In this document: in pieces, positions 38,141-46,946 of the stretch | Layout: each line of letters opens with the position of its first letter | Position numbering within the stretch: position 1 is the first letter of the stretch | NCBI GenBank assembly: GCA_047947115.1 | Contig: CP170459.1 | Location: 3,904,001-3,968,000, forward strand | From: Verrucomicrobiota bacterium | Lineage (GTDB): Bacteria; Verrucomicrobiota; Verrucomicrobiia; Limisphaerales; AAA164-E04 | DNA: 64,000 bases | Direction of reading: 5' to 3' | Notes under the pieces: generated by a model | The model's database searches: none | The model's input: the letters and a program-made list of their open reading frames with translations, nothing else | What the model was told of the DNA's origin: nothing | Position numbers and translations under genes: made by a program

Positions 38141-40336
38141 CTACTTCAGGAAGCCGTGGTATAATCCCATGTAATAGGGCAATAGGTAAACGGTCCCACT
38201 TGCCAGCACAGTCCCATTACCGCCGTAGTCCAATGTCCACGGATCGGTGTTCCAATGATTGAAGTGACGGTTTTCAATAGGCAGAACTTTTCCGTCGACA
38301 AGATAACCGCGAGCACGTTGATCGCGATCAAGCAAATCAATGGTGTTTGATTCGGGGAGGGGGACCAGGTCAAGACGATGGCTGTTCTGACTCGACCAAT
38401 TGAGCCGGTCCAGCGGGAATCCTTTCAATGTTAAGAGCGAATCCTCCAGCCAATCGGTTCCCGGATCGATGGAGTGACTTCCCCAGGGATCATTCACCTC
38501 ACGTCCCCGGGCATGAGCGGCGTAAGCGAAGTGGAAGAATGGGTTCATTTCCGGTGATTCGTTCAACCAGGCAGCATAGAATGATAACAGGATGCGGTCC
38601 TTCAGAGGGCCGTCCGGGGTGTAACGCAGCAGGTTGTAGTAACACATGAATGCCATCTCATCGTCCGATTGATTGCCTGATCCAATTCCCCGATGGATTT
38701 TGTAAATCAAGGCATTGGTATCGAATGCATGATCGCGTATCAACTCCTTCTGACGATCCAGGTAGCGTGTTTCCCCGGTGATATGCGCCGCCACCGCCAG
38801 ATAGGAAAGCATGCTCAGCGATTTCAAACCACGCTCCGCCCACCAGTTTGGATCATGGTTGACCGCTTCCGGCGAATAAACGCCCCAGCGTGTCACCGTC
38901 CCGGTATGATCGACAAGATTATAGCCGTGAACGATCAAGTGATCGGTCAGATCCCTGACAACATCCCGGACCGCTTCTCTTTGCCCTTCAGTTTCGGCTA
39001 CCAAATCATAGTACAAAGGATAGAAGAAATAATGACCGTCCAGTTCGTCTGAGCTGGTATCGCTTTTCCAGTACCATTGACCATCCTCGCTGATGGGCCA
39101 GCGGGGTTCATAAGCTTTCCAAAGCGAATCGTGTTCATCCCGTGATCGGATGTCCTGTTCCAACCGTCCCTCGTTCGGATCAGGCAATGAAGTCGACAGG
39201 ATGGTACGTGCCACATAGCCCTTGGGTGCCGGGTGGGATCCTGATTGAGTGACGGTTTGAAGGAATTGAAGTGCCTTGAATGCCTGGTGAGCGCGTTGTT
39301 TGGCTTGGGGATTTTCCGTAGCTGCATAATCAAAACACTCACCCGCACCATACATGGCGGTCCATAAACCATCATTGTCACTGTCGTGGTAGTGGATGCC
39401 ACTCTTGTCACCAGGTGACCCCAACGTCACTTCGGAAACATAACCGTAAGGGGTTCGTTTGATGTATTGCTCAATTTCCTTCTCGTACATTTCGGCCTTT
39501 TCAGCGAAGGTCATTGGAACCCGGCGAATCACGCCCACACCTTTTGAAGTTGCCACCCAGACATGACCTGAAGGATCTACGGTCAGATCGTGAACATCGT
39601 CATCAGGCAACCAGCGCTTTCCCTGGCGATAGGCCCATTTGCCGGCCTGCCACCTAATGAGTCCCTTTTTGGTTCCAAACCAGACCTCTCCATCGGGTCC
39701 GGCCGCAAACTGCGTGAAGTCATTGTAAGGCAAGCCATCATTCCCTTCGTAAAACTTCCACCCGTCCCCTGTGAAACATGCCAATCCTGCCAATGTGCCA
39801 AACCAAAGTTGTGATTGCTCATCCACGACCACACCGCGCACATCACTGGCTCCCCAGATCCTTCCCAAGCCGTCTGAAACGTTCCATGGTTCCAGGTGAT
39901 CACCTGATTGAATCAACAATCCATTCGAACTGCCCACCACCCATCTGCCATCTGCCAGTTGTGCTGATTGAGTTGTCTGAGCATCGGTAGTCCTGAGCAA
40001 TTTGTCGGGGATGCTGGAAACTTCAACATCCCGAAGCTCTGTAGTTATTTTTTCCCAGGCATCACCTGTCCATCGACACAACCCGGCATCAGTGATGACC
40101 GTCATTTGACCGTTCTCATTCAAATAAATGGAGTGCACCTCATTGGACGGAAGTCCATGGGTCACGTCATATGACGAAGCAATCTCCTGAGTGAACATAG
40201 CCGCTCCCTGCAAAGACACGGAGACAAGGCAGAGCCAGGCGGGGATCATCCCAAGGCGAATGGAAGGCAGATTCTTGCAACAACGGCGAAACATGAACGA
40301 AGAGCGGAAAGAACGTTGAATAGAATACATGAACAA
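38141..40336 (-). CDS. Exported protein: regulator-type beta-propeller fused to an unassigned helical domain
   Basis: GLPSNEV, DGLPYND and WLPDDDV propeller repeats; acidic/aromatic C-terminal domain (DSDNDGLWT, WKSDTSSDE). Start is probably downstream of 40336. Confidence 0.7.
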   Translation of the reverse strand: MFMYSIQRSFRSSFMFRRCCKNLPSIRLGMIPAWLCLVSVSLQGAAMFTQEIASSYDVTHGLPSNEVHSIYLNENGQMTVITDAGLCRWTGDAWEKITTELRDVEVSSIPDKLLRTTDAQTTQSAQLADGRWVVGSSNGLLIQSGDHLEPWNVSDGLGRIWGASDVRGVVVDEQSQLWFGTLAGLACFTGDGWKFYEGNDGLPYNDFTQFAAGPDGEVWFGTKKGLIRWQAGKWAYRQGKRWLPDDDVHDLTVDPSGHVWVATSKGVGVIRRVPMTFAEKAEMYEKEIEQYIKRTPYGYVSEVTLGSPGDKSGIHYHDSDNDGLWTAMYGAGECFDYAATENPQAKQRAHQAFKALQFLQTVTQSGSHPAPKGYVARTILSTSLPDPNEGRLEQDIRSRDEHDSLWKAYEPRWPISEDGQWYWKSDTSSDELDGHYFFYPLYYDLVAETEGQREAVRDVVRDLTDHLIVHGYNLVDHTGTVTRWGVYSPEAVNHDPNWWAERGLKSLSMLSYLAVAAHITGETRYLDRQKELIRDHAFDTNALIYKIHRGIGSGNQSDDEMAFMCYYNLLRYTPDGPLKDRILLSFYAAWLNESPEMNPFFHFAYAAHARGREVNDPWGSHSIDPGTDWLEDSLLTLKGFPLDRLNWSSQNSHRLDLVPLPESNTIDLLDRDQRARGYLVDGKVLPIENRHFNHWNTDPWTLDYGGNGTVLASGTVYLLPYYMGLYHGFLK

Positions 40337-40373
40337 ACTTTAAGCAGGCATGTTTATTTGTCCATTTGAAAGA

Positions 40374-40448
40374 TGGTGCGCGATACTGGGTTCGAACCAG
40401 TGACCCCCACAGTGTCAATGTGGTGCTCTACCACTGAGCTAACCGCGC
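40374..40448 (-). tRNA. tRNA-Val(GAC)
   Basis: Reverse complement GCGCGGTTAGCTCAGTGGTAGAGCACCACATTGACACTGTGGGGGTCACTGGTTCGAACCCAGTATCGCGCACCA: cloverleaf, GAC anticodon, TTCGAA T-loop, encoded CCA. Confidence 0.97.
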
Positions 40449-40562
40449 TTTAATCTTGCGGGTGGGTATTTATTCAGAGTATTTGATCATTTGGCAAGTC
40501 CTTTCCGTTGGAATTTTCATAGCTTTTTTCTAAAAAGTCTGCATGCTTTCTTTTCATTACCT

Positions 40563-41735
40563 ATGGATTCCTGTTCTCAGCGTATTGAAGATCACCCATC
40601 GATTCAACTGGCCAGTCAATTGATTGCCTGTCCGAGTATTTCCCCAGAGGATGCCGGGGCTCAACCCATTCTTCGTAACCGGCTGACAGCATGCGGTTTC
40701 AGAGTGAAGTCTCTTGATGTGGACGGGGTGACAAATACTTGGGCCGAGCATGGTGAGAAGGGCCCGTTGTTTGTGTTTGGTGTGCACGCAGATGTGGTTC
40801 CTTCCGGAGATGTTTCGGATTGGACTTCTCCCCCATTTGAACCGACCATTCGCGATGGCTTCCTTTACGGTCGCGGTGCAGCGGATATGAAAGGTCCTTT
40901 GGCCGCCTCGGTGATCGCTGCGGAAAATTTTATCAAAAAACACCTGGGTAATTCCCCAATGAGGGTGGGGTTTATCATTACGGGTGATGAAGAACCGGTC
41001 AATAATCACGGAACCCAGGATGTGCTGGATTGGCTGGCAAGTGAAGGAAAGACCATTGATTATTGTATCGTTACCGAACCCACATCGGCTTCCACATTCG
41101 GGGATACAGTCAAGGTTGGGCGCCGAGGTTCGATCAATGGTTTCCTAACGATTCATGGAAAACAAGGGCATGCCGCCTATCCTGAGCTGGCATTGAACCC
41201 TGTGCATCGGGGGTTGTGGGTATTGCATACTTTGGCGGAGCGTTTGTGGGATCCGGGTGATGCGCATTTTCCCGCGGCAGGATTCCAAATCACCAACGTC
41301 AAAGCGGGAACAGGAGCGGCCAATGTGATTCCCGGAAAGTTTGAAGTGCAGTTCAATATCCGACACGGCACCGGATTGACGGTGGAAGCCGTTGACAAGC
41401 TCGTCTCCGAGGCATTGTCCCAGGCTGGGTTGAGTTTTGACCTGAAGTGTGCCAGTGATGCACTGCCTTTCATGACCCGGCAGGGAAGGCTTGCTGATAT
41501 TTGTTGTGAGGTCATTCAGGAATACGCCGGCATCCAGCCTGCAAGGGCGACAGGCGGAGGGACTTCGGACGCTCGCTTCATCGCTCCTCATTGTGGTGAG
41601 CTGATTGAATTTGGGCTGGTTGGCGGAACCAGTCATCATGTGGACGAACATGTTTCCGCAGAGGATCTGATTCGCTTGACGGATGTGTATGAGAGAGTTT
41701 TGGATCGCCTTTCAGTCTCCATTGAAGGTGAGTAG
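40563..41735 (+). CDS. dapE: Succinyl-diaminopimelate desuccinylase (M20)
   Basis: HADVVP, LYGRGAADMKG, TGDEE, EPTS, VKVGRRGS, GKQGHAAYP, NVIPG, TGGGTSDARF, HHVDE. Confidence 0.88.
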   Translation: MDSCSQRIEDHPSIQLASQLIACPSISPEDAGAQPILRNRLTACGFRVKSLDVDGVTNTWAEHGEKGPLFVFGVHADVVPSGDVSDWTSPPFEPTIRDGFLYGRGAADMKGPLAASVIAAENFIKKHLGNSPMRVGFIITGDEEPVNNHGTQDVLDWLASEGKTIDYCIVTEPTSASTFGDTVKVGRRGSINGFLTIHGKQGHAAYPELALNPVHRGLWVLHTLAERLWDPGDAHFPAAGFQITNVKAGTGAANVIPGKFEVQFNIRHGTGLTVEAVDKLVSEALSQAGLSFDLKCASDALPFMTRQGRLADICCEVIQEYAGIQPARATGGGTSDARFIAPHCGELIEFGLVGGTSHHVDEHVSAEDLIRLTDVYERVLDRLSVSIEGE

Positions 41736-42725
41736 ATCAATCAGGTCCAACGCTGTCTTCGATAGTTGGAATTCCGTTCCCTTGCGGGATAGCAATCGTC
41801 GGCATTTGAAGGGATCATATAAATTCCCATTGACCTGAATGAGTTCTACATCCAGGGGTTCCGATTTGTTCCATACGGTTGGACTCAGTTGGTAAGGCAT
41901 TCCATATCCGTTGAAATGTACGATATATCCCGTTTTGCGTGCATCGTTCACTTCCGGGGCCTGAACAATGAGGGGTTTGTATCGTTTCGTCCAGGGGAAG
42001 GATTTCTTCGGAATGTAAACCGAAAAGTATGACTCTTGTCCCTGGATGTAATCCTTCAGACTGAAGTCTTCTCCTTTTCTGATTTGTTCCATGAAAATCT
42101 GCTCAGGATCCAGGCCGAGAAAGTTCCGGCCGTTCCAGGGACCGTGATCATTGGTTTGGCCTGGAGAGTTAATTTCAAACCATTCGGCGTAACCTTCATT
42201 GATGGCCAGAGTGATTTCAAAGTGAAGGTGGGCACGGAAACGCGCGATGTTTCCCGCATTGGAAGTGCGCCCCATGGTGCCAATGCGGGCTCCGGCTTCC
42301 ACTTTTCTGCCCGGCACCACGCCATCGGCAATCTCGCTCAAGTGCGCATAGATGCTGAATATTTCCAGCCCTTCTATCTGGTGCCCGATGATGATGTAAT
42401 TCCCGAAATTGGACAGTCCGGGTTGTTGGTTGGTATAGCAGACGGTTCCGCCGGCGGTCGCGAAAATGGGATCTGTCGGTTCACCGCTTTTGTCTTGTTG
42501 AGTGAACTTGATGTCGATGCCTTCGTGGAACTGCCAGCCGGATGTGCGGGTGCATCCGTAGCGGCCGGTTTCCCAATGCCCTGACTGGGTGGGGGCGAAA
42601 AACGATTCCGCAGCCGACGTCTGTCCGTCAAACAGGGTCAGGTTCGGTGTAGGCATGCGAAAAGCCGGTTGTGCGCTTATCTTGAGCGCGATATTCAATG
42701 CCATCAAGCAAAGCAATGTCCGCAT
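41712..42725 (-). CDS. M23-family metallopeptidase, exported
   Basis: FHEGID (HxxxD), YAHL, HLHFE, signal peptide. Confidence 0.88.
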   Translation of the reverse strand: MRTLLCLMALNIALKISAQPAFRMPTPNLTLFDGQTSAAESFFAPTQSGHWETGRYGCTRTSGWQFHEGIDIKFTQQDKSGEPTDPIFATAGGTVCYTNQQPGLSNFGNYIIIGHQIEGLEIFSIYAHLSEIADGVVPGRKVEAGARIGTMGRTSNAGNIARFRAHLHFEITLAINEGYAEWFEINSPGQTNDHGPWNGRNFLGLDPEQIFMEQIRKGEDFSLKDYIQGQESYFSVYIPKKSFPWTKRYKPLIVQAPEVNDARKTGYIVHFNGYGMPYQLSPTVWNKSEPLDVELIQVNGNLYDPFKCRRLLSRKGTEFQLSKTALDLIDLLTFNGD

Positions 42726-42752
42726 AAGAAAAAACAAAAGGTATGACTGGTG

Positions 42753-43268
42753 CTAAAACACGTAGGGTTTGGCCAATTCCTCCGCAACATTGTTGATTCC
42801 TTCAACAATACGGTCTGCTTCTTCCCGGGTGGCATCCGGAGTGAAAACAAAGACGCCATCGTGCACCGTTCGATCAATGGTGGGAGCACCCAGCCATCGG
42901 GAATCATCAAAATTGGAATAAATGGCGATGCGGCGTCCGCGATTTTGAGTGGTGATGGACTGAAACCGTTTGGTACCTATTTCGTTGAACTGTATACGAA
43001 TACTGAATCCCCCGATAGCTTCCACCACACTGGCTTGTGCCACGTATCCCACATCGAGGAAAGCTTCTTTGGAGACGCAGACCTGCACGGGAGCTGCCCG
43101 ATAGATGGGGACGTAGCCGGTTCTGCCTGATTCATCGGGCGGCATTTCCAGATGAAAATTCATCAAGCTATATTTTTTGTCCTTTTTGCTGCCGGTGGAA
43201 CTGCATCCGATCGAAAGCAGCAAAAGTGCCGTGAAAATGATGTTGATTGATTTCCTCAGAGTATTCAT
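42753..43268 (-). CDS. Lipoprotein with SecD/SecF P1-head-like domain
   Basis: Lipobox LSIGC; IRIQFNEIGTKRFQSITTQNRGRRIAI..APTI..REEADRI resembles the SecDF head subdomain. ATG at 43268. Confidence 0.65.
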   Translation of the reverse strand: MNTLRKSINIIFTALLLLSIGCSSTGSKKDKKYSLMNFHLEMPPDESGRTGYVPIYRAAPVQVCVSKEAFLDVGYVAQASVVEAIGGFSIRIQFNEIGTKRFQSITTQNRGRRIAIYSNFDDSRWLGAPTIDRTVHDGVFVFTPDATREEADRIVEGINNVAEELAKPYVF

Positions 43269-43271
43269 AAT
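43243..43271 (+). promoter_or_regulatory. Candidate sigma70 promoter for the small basic ORF
   Basis: TTGATT-N17-CATAAT, about 40 bp before ATG 43311. Confidence 0.45.
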
Positions 43272-43310
43272 CTCGATTTCTTGTTTCGAAACATCAAAAA
43301 CAATAAAACT

Positions 43311-43403
43311 ATGGGACAACAACTTAATAAAGTTCAAAAACGCAAACGCCGCAAGGCATACAACAAACGCAAGAAGGAACAGGCCAAAGAATCGGCCAAG
43401 TAA
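43311..43403 (+). CDS. 30-aa small basic protein (not in ORF track)
   Basis: MGQQLNKVQKRKRRKAYNKRKKEQAKESAK*; A-rich leader, candidate promoter upstream and hairpin downstream. Confidence 0.7.
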   Translation: MGQQLNKVQKRKRRKAYNKRKKEQAKESAK

Positions 43404-43428
43404 ATCCAGCTTGTTCGCTTGATCCATT

Positions 43429-43485
43429 CCGGCTGTGCAGCGCGTTTTGGCGCTGGTCAGCCGGGTGGCCTTTCTTCCTTTTCCC
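43429..43485 (+). terminator. Probable terminator after the small basic ORF
   Basis: ccggctg-tg-cagcgc-gttttg-gcgctg-gt-cagccgg stem (43429-43464) followed by a pyrimidine tract. Confidence 0.55.
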
Positions 43486-43540
43486 TTCTTCCTTTTTCCC
43501 TTCTCCCTTATTCCGTTCCCCCTTATTCCGTTCCCCATTC
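43472..43540. repeat. Degenerate 15-bp tandem polypyrimidine repeat (about 4.5 copies)
   Basis: ttcttccttttccc / ttcttcctttttccc / ttctcccttattccg / ttcccccttattccg / ttccccattc. Confidence 0.8.
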
Positions 43541-44032
43541 AAGATCCTTCCGCGTTACAATGCGTTGGATCAACCACTGACTGCGTTCTCCCTTGCGCCA
43601 GTGGAATTCCAGGATACGGACCATCGGGTCCGGAGAATTTCCCGTTTGTGCCGTTACAGTCGCGATGCATGTCATCGTTCCATCCCCGCTTGATTCAAAG
43701 ATGGGATCGGTGATGCGGACTTCCAGTCCCTGAGGTTCCTGTTGTCTGGCCGACAGCACAGCGGTTTTTATTTCATCCCGTCCATTCAGATTCCAGGTTC
43801 CAACATCGGTTCGTATATTTAATTCGGCCTTGGAATCAAACATTTCCTGAATGGAACCCGCCGCGGCCAAATGCGCCAGAGGTGAAGTGGATGGTCCATA
43901 AGAAACCAGAGACTCAAGTCTGGTCAACTTACGTTGAATGCGTGTGGTGTCATCCGGAAACAAGAATTGGAAAAATCTCCACCCCAACCAGAGGACAGCC
44001 AGGCAGACTGCGATACGAGTGATTGTTTTCAA
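43523..44032 (-). CDS. Single-TM hypothetical protein, possibly NTF2-like fold
   Basis: N-terminal TM helix, LNGRDEI and FHWRK..WLIQRI pattern; TTG start overlaps the lepB stop. Confidence 0.6.
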   Translation of the reverse strand: MKTITRIAVCLAVLWLGWRFFQFLFPDDTTRIQRKLTRLESLVSYGPSTSPLAHLAAAGSIQEMFDSKAELNIRTDVGTWNLNGRDEIKTAVLSARQQEPQGLEVRITDPIFESSGDGTMTCIATVTAQTGNSPDPMVRILEFHWRKGERSQWLIQRIVTRKDLEWGTE

Positions 44033-44571
44033 AACAATATTTTACCGACCAATCTGGACAAATGAACTTTCCCGAACTCACTGATGGCCCTGTTGTCACC
44101 AATGGCCCAATATTCGTCCGGGCCCAGCAGGATTTCACGAGATCGCCAGCCGCCCTCCTGCCGGATGTATGCTTCTTCTTGTAGTTCACCGTTGATGAAC
44201 ACCTTGCCGTTTCGCATGCGGATGCGTTCACCGGGCAGGCCCAGCAGACGTTTCAACACCGTTACTTTTTCTCCGGTGGTCTTGATGACGACGATATCCC
44301 CACGTTGCGGGCGGGACCAGAGGTAGGACATACGATTGGCATAGTTGATCTGCCCGTCACGGTAGGTGGGAAACATGCTGTGTCCGGTGATGCGAATCGG
44401 GAGCAGCACCAGTTTGAACGTTACCACGGTCAAAGTGGCCAGACACACGATCCGGTACCATGTGCGTCCCGGGTAATGGCCTGCAGAACGCTTCCACCAA
44501 GGTTTGGAAGCAGGAGGAGGCACCCATGCGTCTAATTCACTGTCCGGGTTGTTTGGGGTTTCCGTGTTCAT
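44029..44571 (-). CDS. lepB: Signal peptidase I
   Basis: TM helix, ITGHSMFPT (Ser), PQRGDIVV, LKRLLGLPGE (Lys), GDNR. Confidence 0.9.
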   Translation of the reverse strand: MNTETPNNPDSELDAWVPPPASKPWWKRSAGHYPGRTWYRIVCLATLTVVTFKLVLLPIRITGHSMFPTYRDGQINYANRMSYLWSRPQRGDIVVIKTTGEKVTVLKRLLGLPGERIRMRNGKVFINGELQEEAYIRQEGGWRSREILLGPDEYWAIGDNRAISEFGKVHLSRLVGKILF

Positions 44572-44667
44572 TCTGATAATGAGATCGATAAATGACTTCA
44601 ACTGTTCAAACTCCGCAAAACGAAACGGGTTGCGACTGTATTTCCATGCAACACGCAGATGTTGTCA

Positions 44668-45261
44668 TCAAACTTTCTCAGGGTCGTTGTTGGCGGGCAC
44701 GTACCAATGGAGCGCTTTGGGGGTGGATTGACAATGAAACACGCATAATCCGCACCCGACACAAGCGCTCTCATCCAATTCGGGAAAACGTTCGCCCATC
44801 GTGATTGCACGAATATCCGATGGGCAGTACATGACGCAGGTGTCACAATACATATCCTCCGCATTCAGGCATTGTTCCTGATTGAGCCATACTTTGCCGA
44901 TGGGAAGGACTTTGTTGTCGGCGGGCATGGAAAGAGCGTCGGAAGGGCAGGCATGGACGCAGTCCATCGTGCCGCACCAATGACATGGGTCCTGTGAGAG
45001 TTTAAGCACCGGTGTGCCTTCTCCATCACCCGCCAAAGGACCCAGGATATGAATGATGTCGAAAGGACAGGCATCGGCACAGGCGTGGCAGCGAGTGCAG
45101 GTTTCCAGGAAAGCAGTCTCCGAAGGGATAGCTCCAGGCGGCCGGATACGCACTTTTGGGGCGATTGCCTTGCCAATCTCTTTGGATGCTTCCCCCCAGG
45201 CAGATGCCATATCGCGAATGCGCAGCCTGAAAAGGTTTCTTCTGGAAAATTTCTCGCTCAT
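44668..45261 (-). CDS. NapG/MauM/NapF-like 4Fe-4S polyferredoxin
   Basis: SRRNLF twin-Arg-like start, IRPPGA..FLETCTRCHACADACP, PCHWC..CVHACP, CDTCVMYCP, CVGCGLCVFHC. Confidence 0.88.
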   Translation of the reverse strand: MSEKFSRRNLFRLRIRDMASAWGEASKEIGKAIAPKVRIRPPGAIPSETAFLETCTRCHACADACPFDIIHILGPLAGDGEGTPVLKLSQDPCHWCGTMDCVHACPSDALSMPADNKVLPIGKVWLNQEQCLNAEDMYCDTCVMYCPSDIRAITMGERFPELDESACVGCGLCVFHCQSTPKALHWYVPANNDPEKV

Positions 45262-45586
45262 GCCCGTTCCGGATCGGGCTGTCACCCGAACCTTGTTTTG
45301 TCAGCATACAGACGTGAAATCCAAAAAATCAAGTCAACGTCCCAACGCGTTGGCACTGATTGAGCAATTGGAGAGCCGCCACCCGATAAGCTTCGCTCAT
45401 GGTGGGAAAGCTCAATGTGTTTTCCTGGAAGAAACTGACTTCATTTCCGTTCAGCAAGGCGACTTCACCTACTAACCTGCGAGCGGGCTTGAATGAAACT
45501 GAGTTGGTAGCGATTTTTAACGAAATGAACTCCTGCGATATGGGGTGCTTGCCTTCTTCTGGTGCATACGATTATAGTTCGCGGAT

Positions 45587-46891
45587 ATGTTGGATATTCG
45601 CTGGATCAGGGAAAATAAGGAAGAAACTGAGAAACGATTGGCGTCCCGTCACGGGGGAGATGAAGCCAAGGTGGATCAGTTGCTCCAACTGGATCAGAAA
45701 CGTCGGGCCTTGCTGACGGAAGTTGAACAATTAAAATCAGATCGAAAGGCGGTTTCCAAGGAAATCGGCGCTTTGATCGGACAGAAGAAGCTGGAAGAAG
45801 CCGAAGCAAAGAAAGCGGCCACAAAGGAAATAGGTGATCGCATTGCGGAGCTTGATCAGCAAGCGAACCAAAGCACCGAGGAGCAGCAGGACATTCTGCT
45901 CACCTTGCCGAACCTCCCGCACGAAACGGTCCCCGCCGGAGTATCGGAAACCGATAATCCGGAAATCCGGCAGTGGGGTGAAAAAGTCTCCCATCCATTC
46001 CCACCCAAAACCCATGTTGAACTTTGCGAACAACTGGGGCTGATTGATTTTGCGCGAGGAGCGAAGCTGGCCGGAAGTGGCTTCCTGTTGTACACCGGAT
46101 GGGGCGCCAGGTTGGAACGGGCCTTGATTCAATTCCTGTTGGATCTGCATACCAAGGAACATGGATACACCGAGGTGTCGCCTCCCTTTGTGGTCAATCC
46201 GGATTGCATGACCGGAGTTGGACAGTTTCCAAAATTTTATGATCAAGCCTATGCGGTTCAGGAAGGACAGGATTCCTCCACATTGGGAAAATTGTATCTG
46301 ATCCCGACCGCTGAAGCCCCCGTCGCCAACATACACCGGGAAGAACTCCTCAGGGAAGACCAGTTGCCCATTTATTATTGTGCATACAGTCCATGTTTTC
46401 GGGCAGAAGCAGGCGCTGCCGGAGTGGGGACGCGCGGGATGATTCGGGTTCATCAGTTCGACAAGGTGGAAATGATTAAAATTGTTCCAGCCGACCAAGG
46501 CTATGCTGAACTGGATGCCATGGTTGGAAATGCAGAGAAAGTGTTACAACTACTGGATCTGCATTATCGCGTTATTTTACTCTGCACGGGGGATATGGGA
46601 TTTGCCAGTGCCAAAACTTTTGACATCGAAGTGTGGGCGCCCGGACAGGGGAGCTTTCTGGAGGTGTCGAGCTGTTCCAACTGCGAAGATTATCAAAGCA
46701 GGCGCATGAATCTTCGATACAAAAACAAGGACGGGAAAAACGTGTTCCCTCACTTGTTGAATGGCAGCGGAACCGCACTCGCACGTTTGTTTGTAGCCTT
46801 GATTGAGACACATCAACAGGAGGATGGATCCATTAGAATACCCAAACCACTCCAGCCATACCTGGGAGCGGATATCATTCCGGCTCCCTGA
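45587..46891 (+). CDS. serS: Serine--tRNA ligase
   Basis: MLDIRWIR, LPNLPH, YLIPTAE, CFRAEAG, RVHQFDKVE, EVSSCSNCEDYQSRR, LNGSG. Confidence 0.97.
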   Translation: MLDIRWIRENKEETEKRLASRHGGDEAKVDQLLQLDQKRRALLTEVEQLKSDRKAVSKEIGALIGQKKLEEAEAKKAATKEIGDRIAELDQQANQSTEEQQDILLTLPNLPHETVPAGVSETDNPEIRQWGEKVSHPFPPKTHVELCEQLGLIDFARGAKLAGSGFLLYTGWGARLERALIQFLLDLHTKEHGYTEVSPPFVVNPDCMTGVGQFPKFYDQAYAVQEGQDSSTLGKLYLIPTAEAPVANIHREELLREDQLPIYYCAYSPCFRAEAGAAGVGTRGMIRVHQFDKVEMIKIVPADQGYAELDAMVGNAEKVLQLLDLHYRVILLCTGDMGFASAKTFDIEVWAPGQGSFLEVSSCSNCEDYQSRRMNLRYKNKDGKNVFPHLLNGSGTALARLFVALIETHQQEDGSIRIPKPLQPYLGADIIPAP

Positions 46892-46946
46892 ACCAGAAAT
46901 CGGTCCAGACTTGTTTCCAAACCCAATCTACTTTTGACCAGATATC

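Noticed and set aside
40374..40448. tRNA as an integration site for a genomic island
   Set aside because: No integrase nearby and no duplicated tRNA 3' end noticed by eye; an exact-match search was not possible.
43269..43538. N-terminal extension of the 42753..43538 ORF (MGNGIRGNGIRE...)
   Set aside because: It reads through the tandem repeat and antisense to the small basic gene; the lipoprotein signal starts at ATG 43268.
45286..45548. T-box or small ORF in the serS upstream region
   Set aside because: No T-box consensus seen; the short ORF lacks a convincing start or motif.
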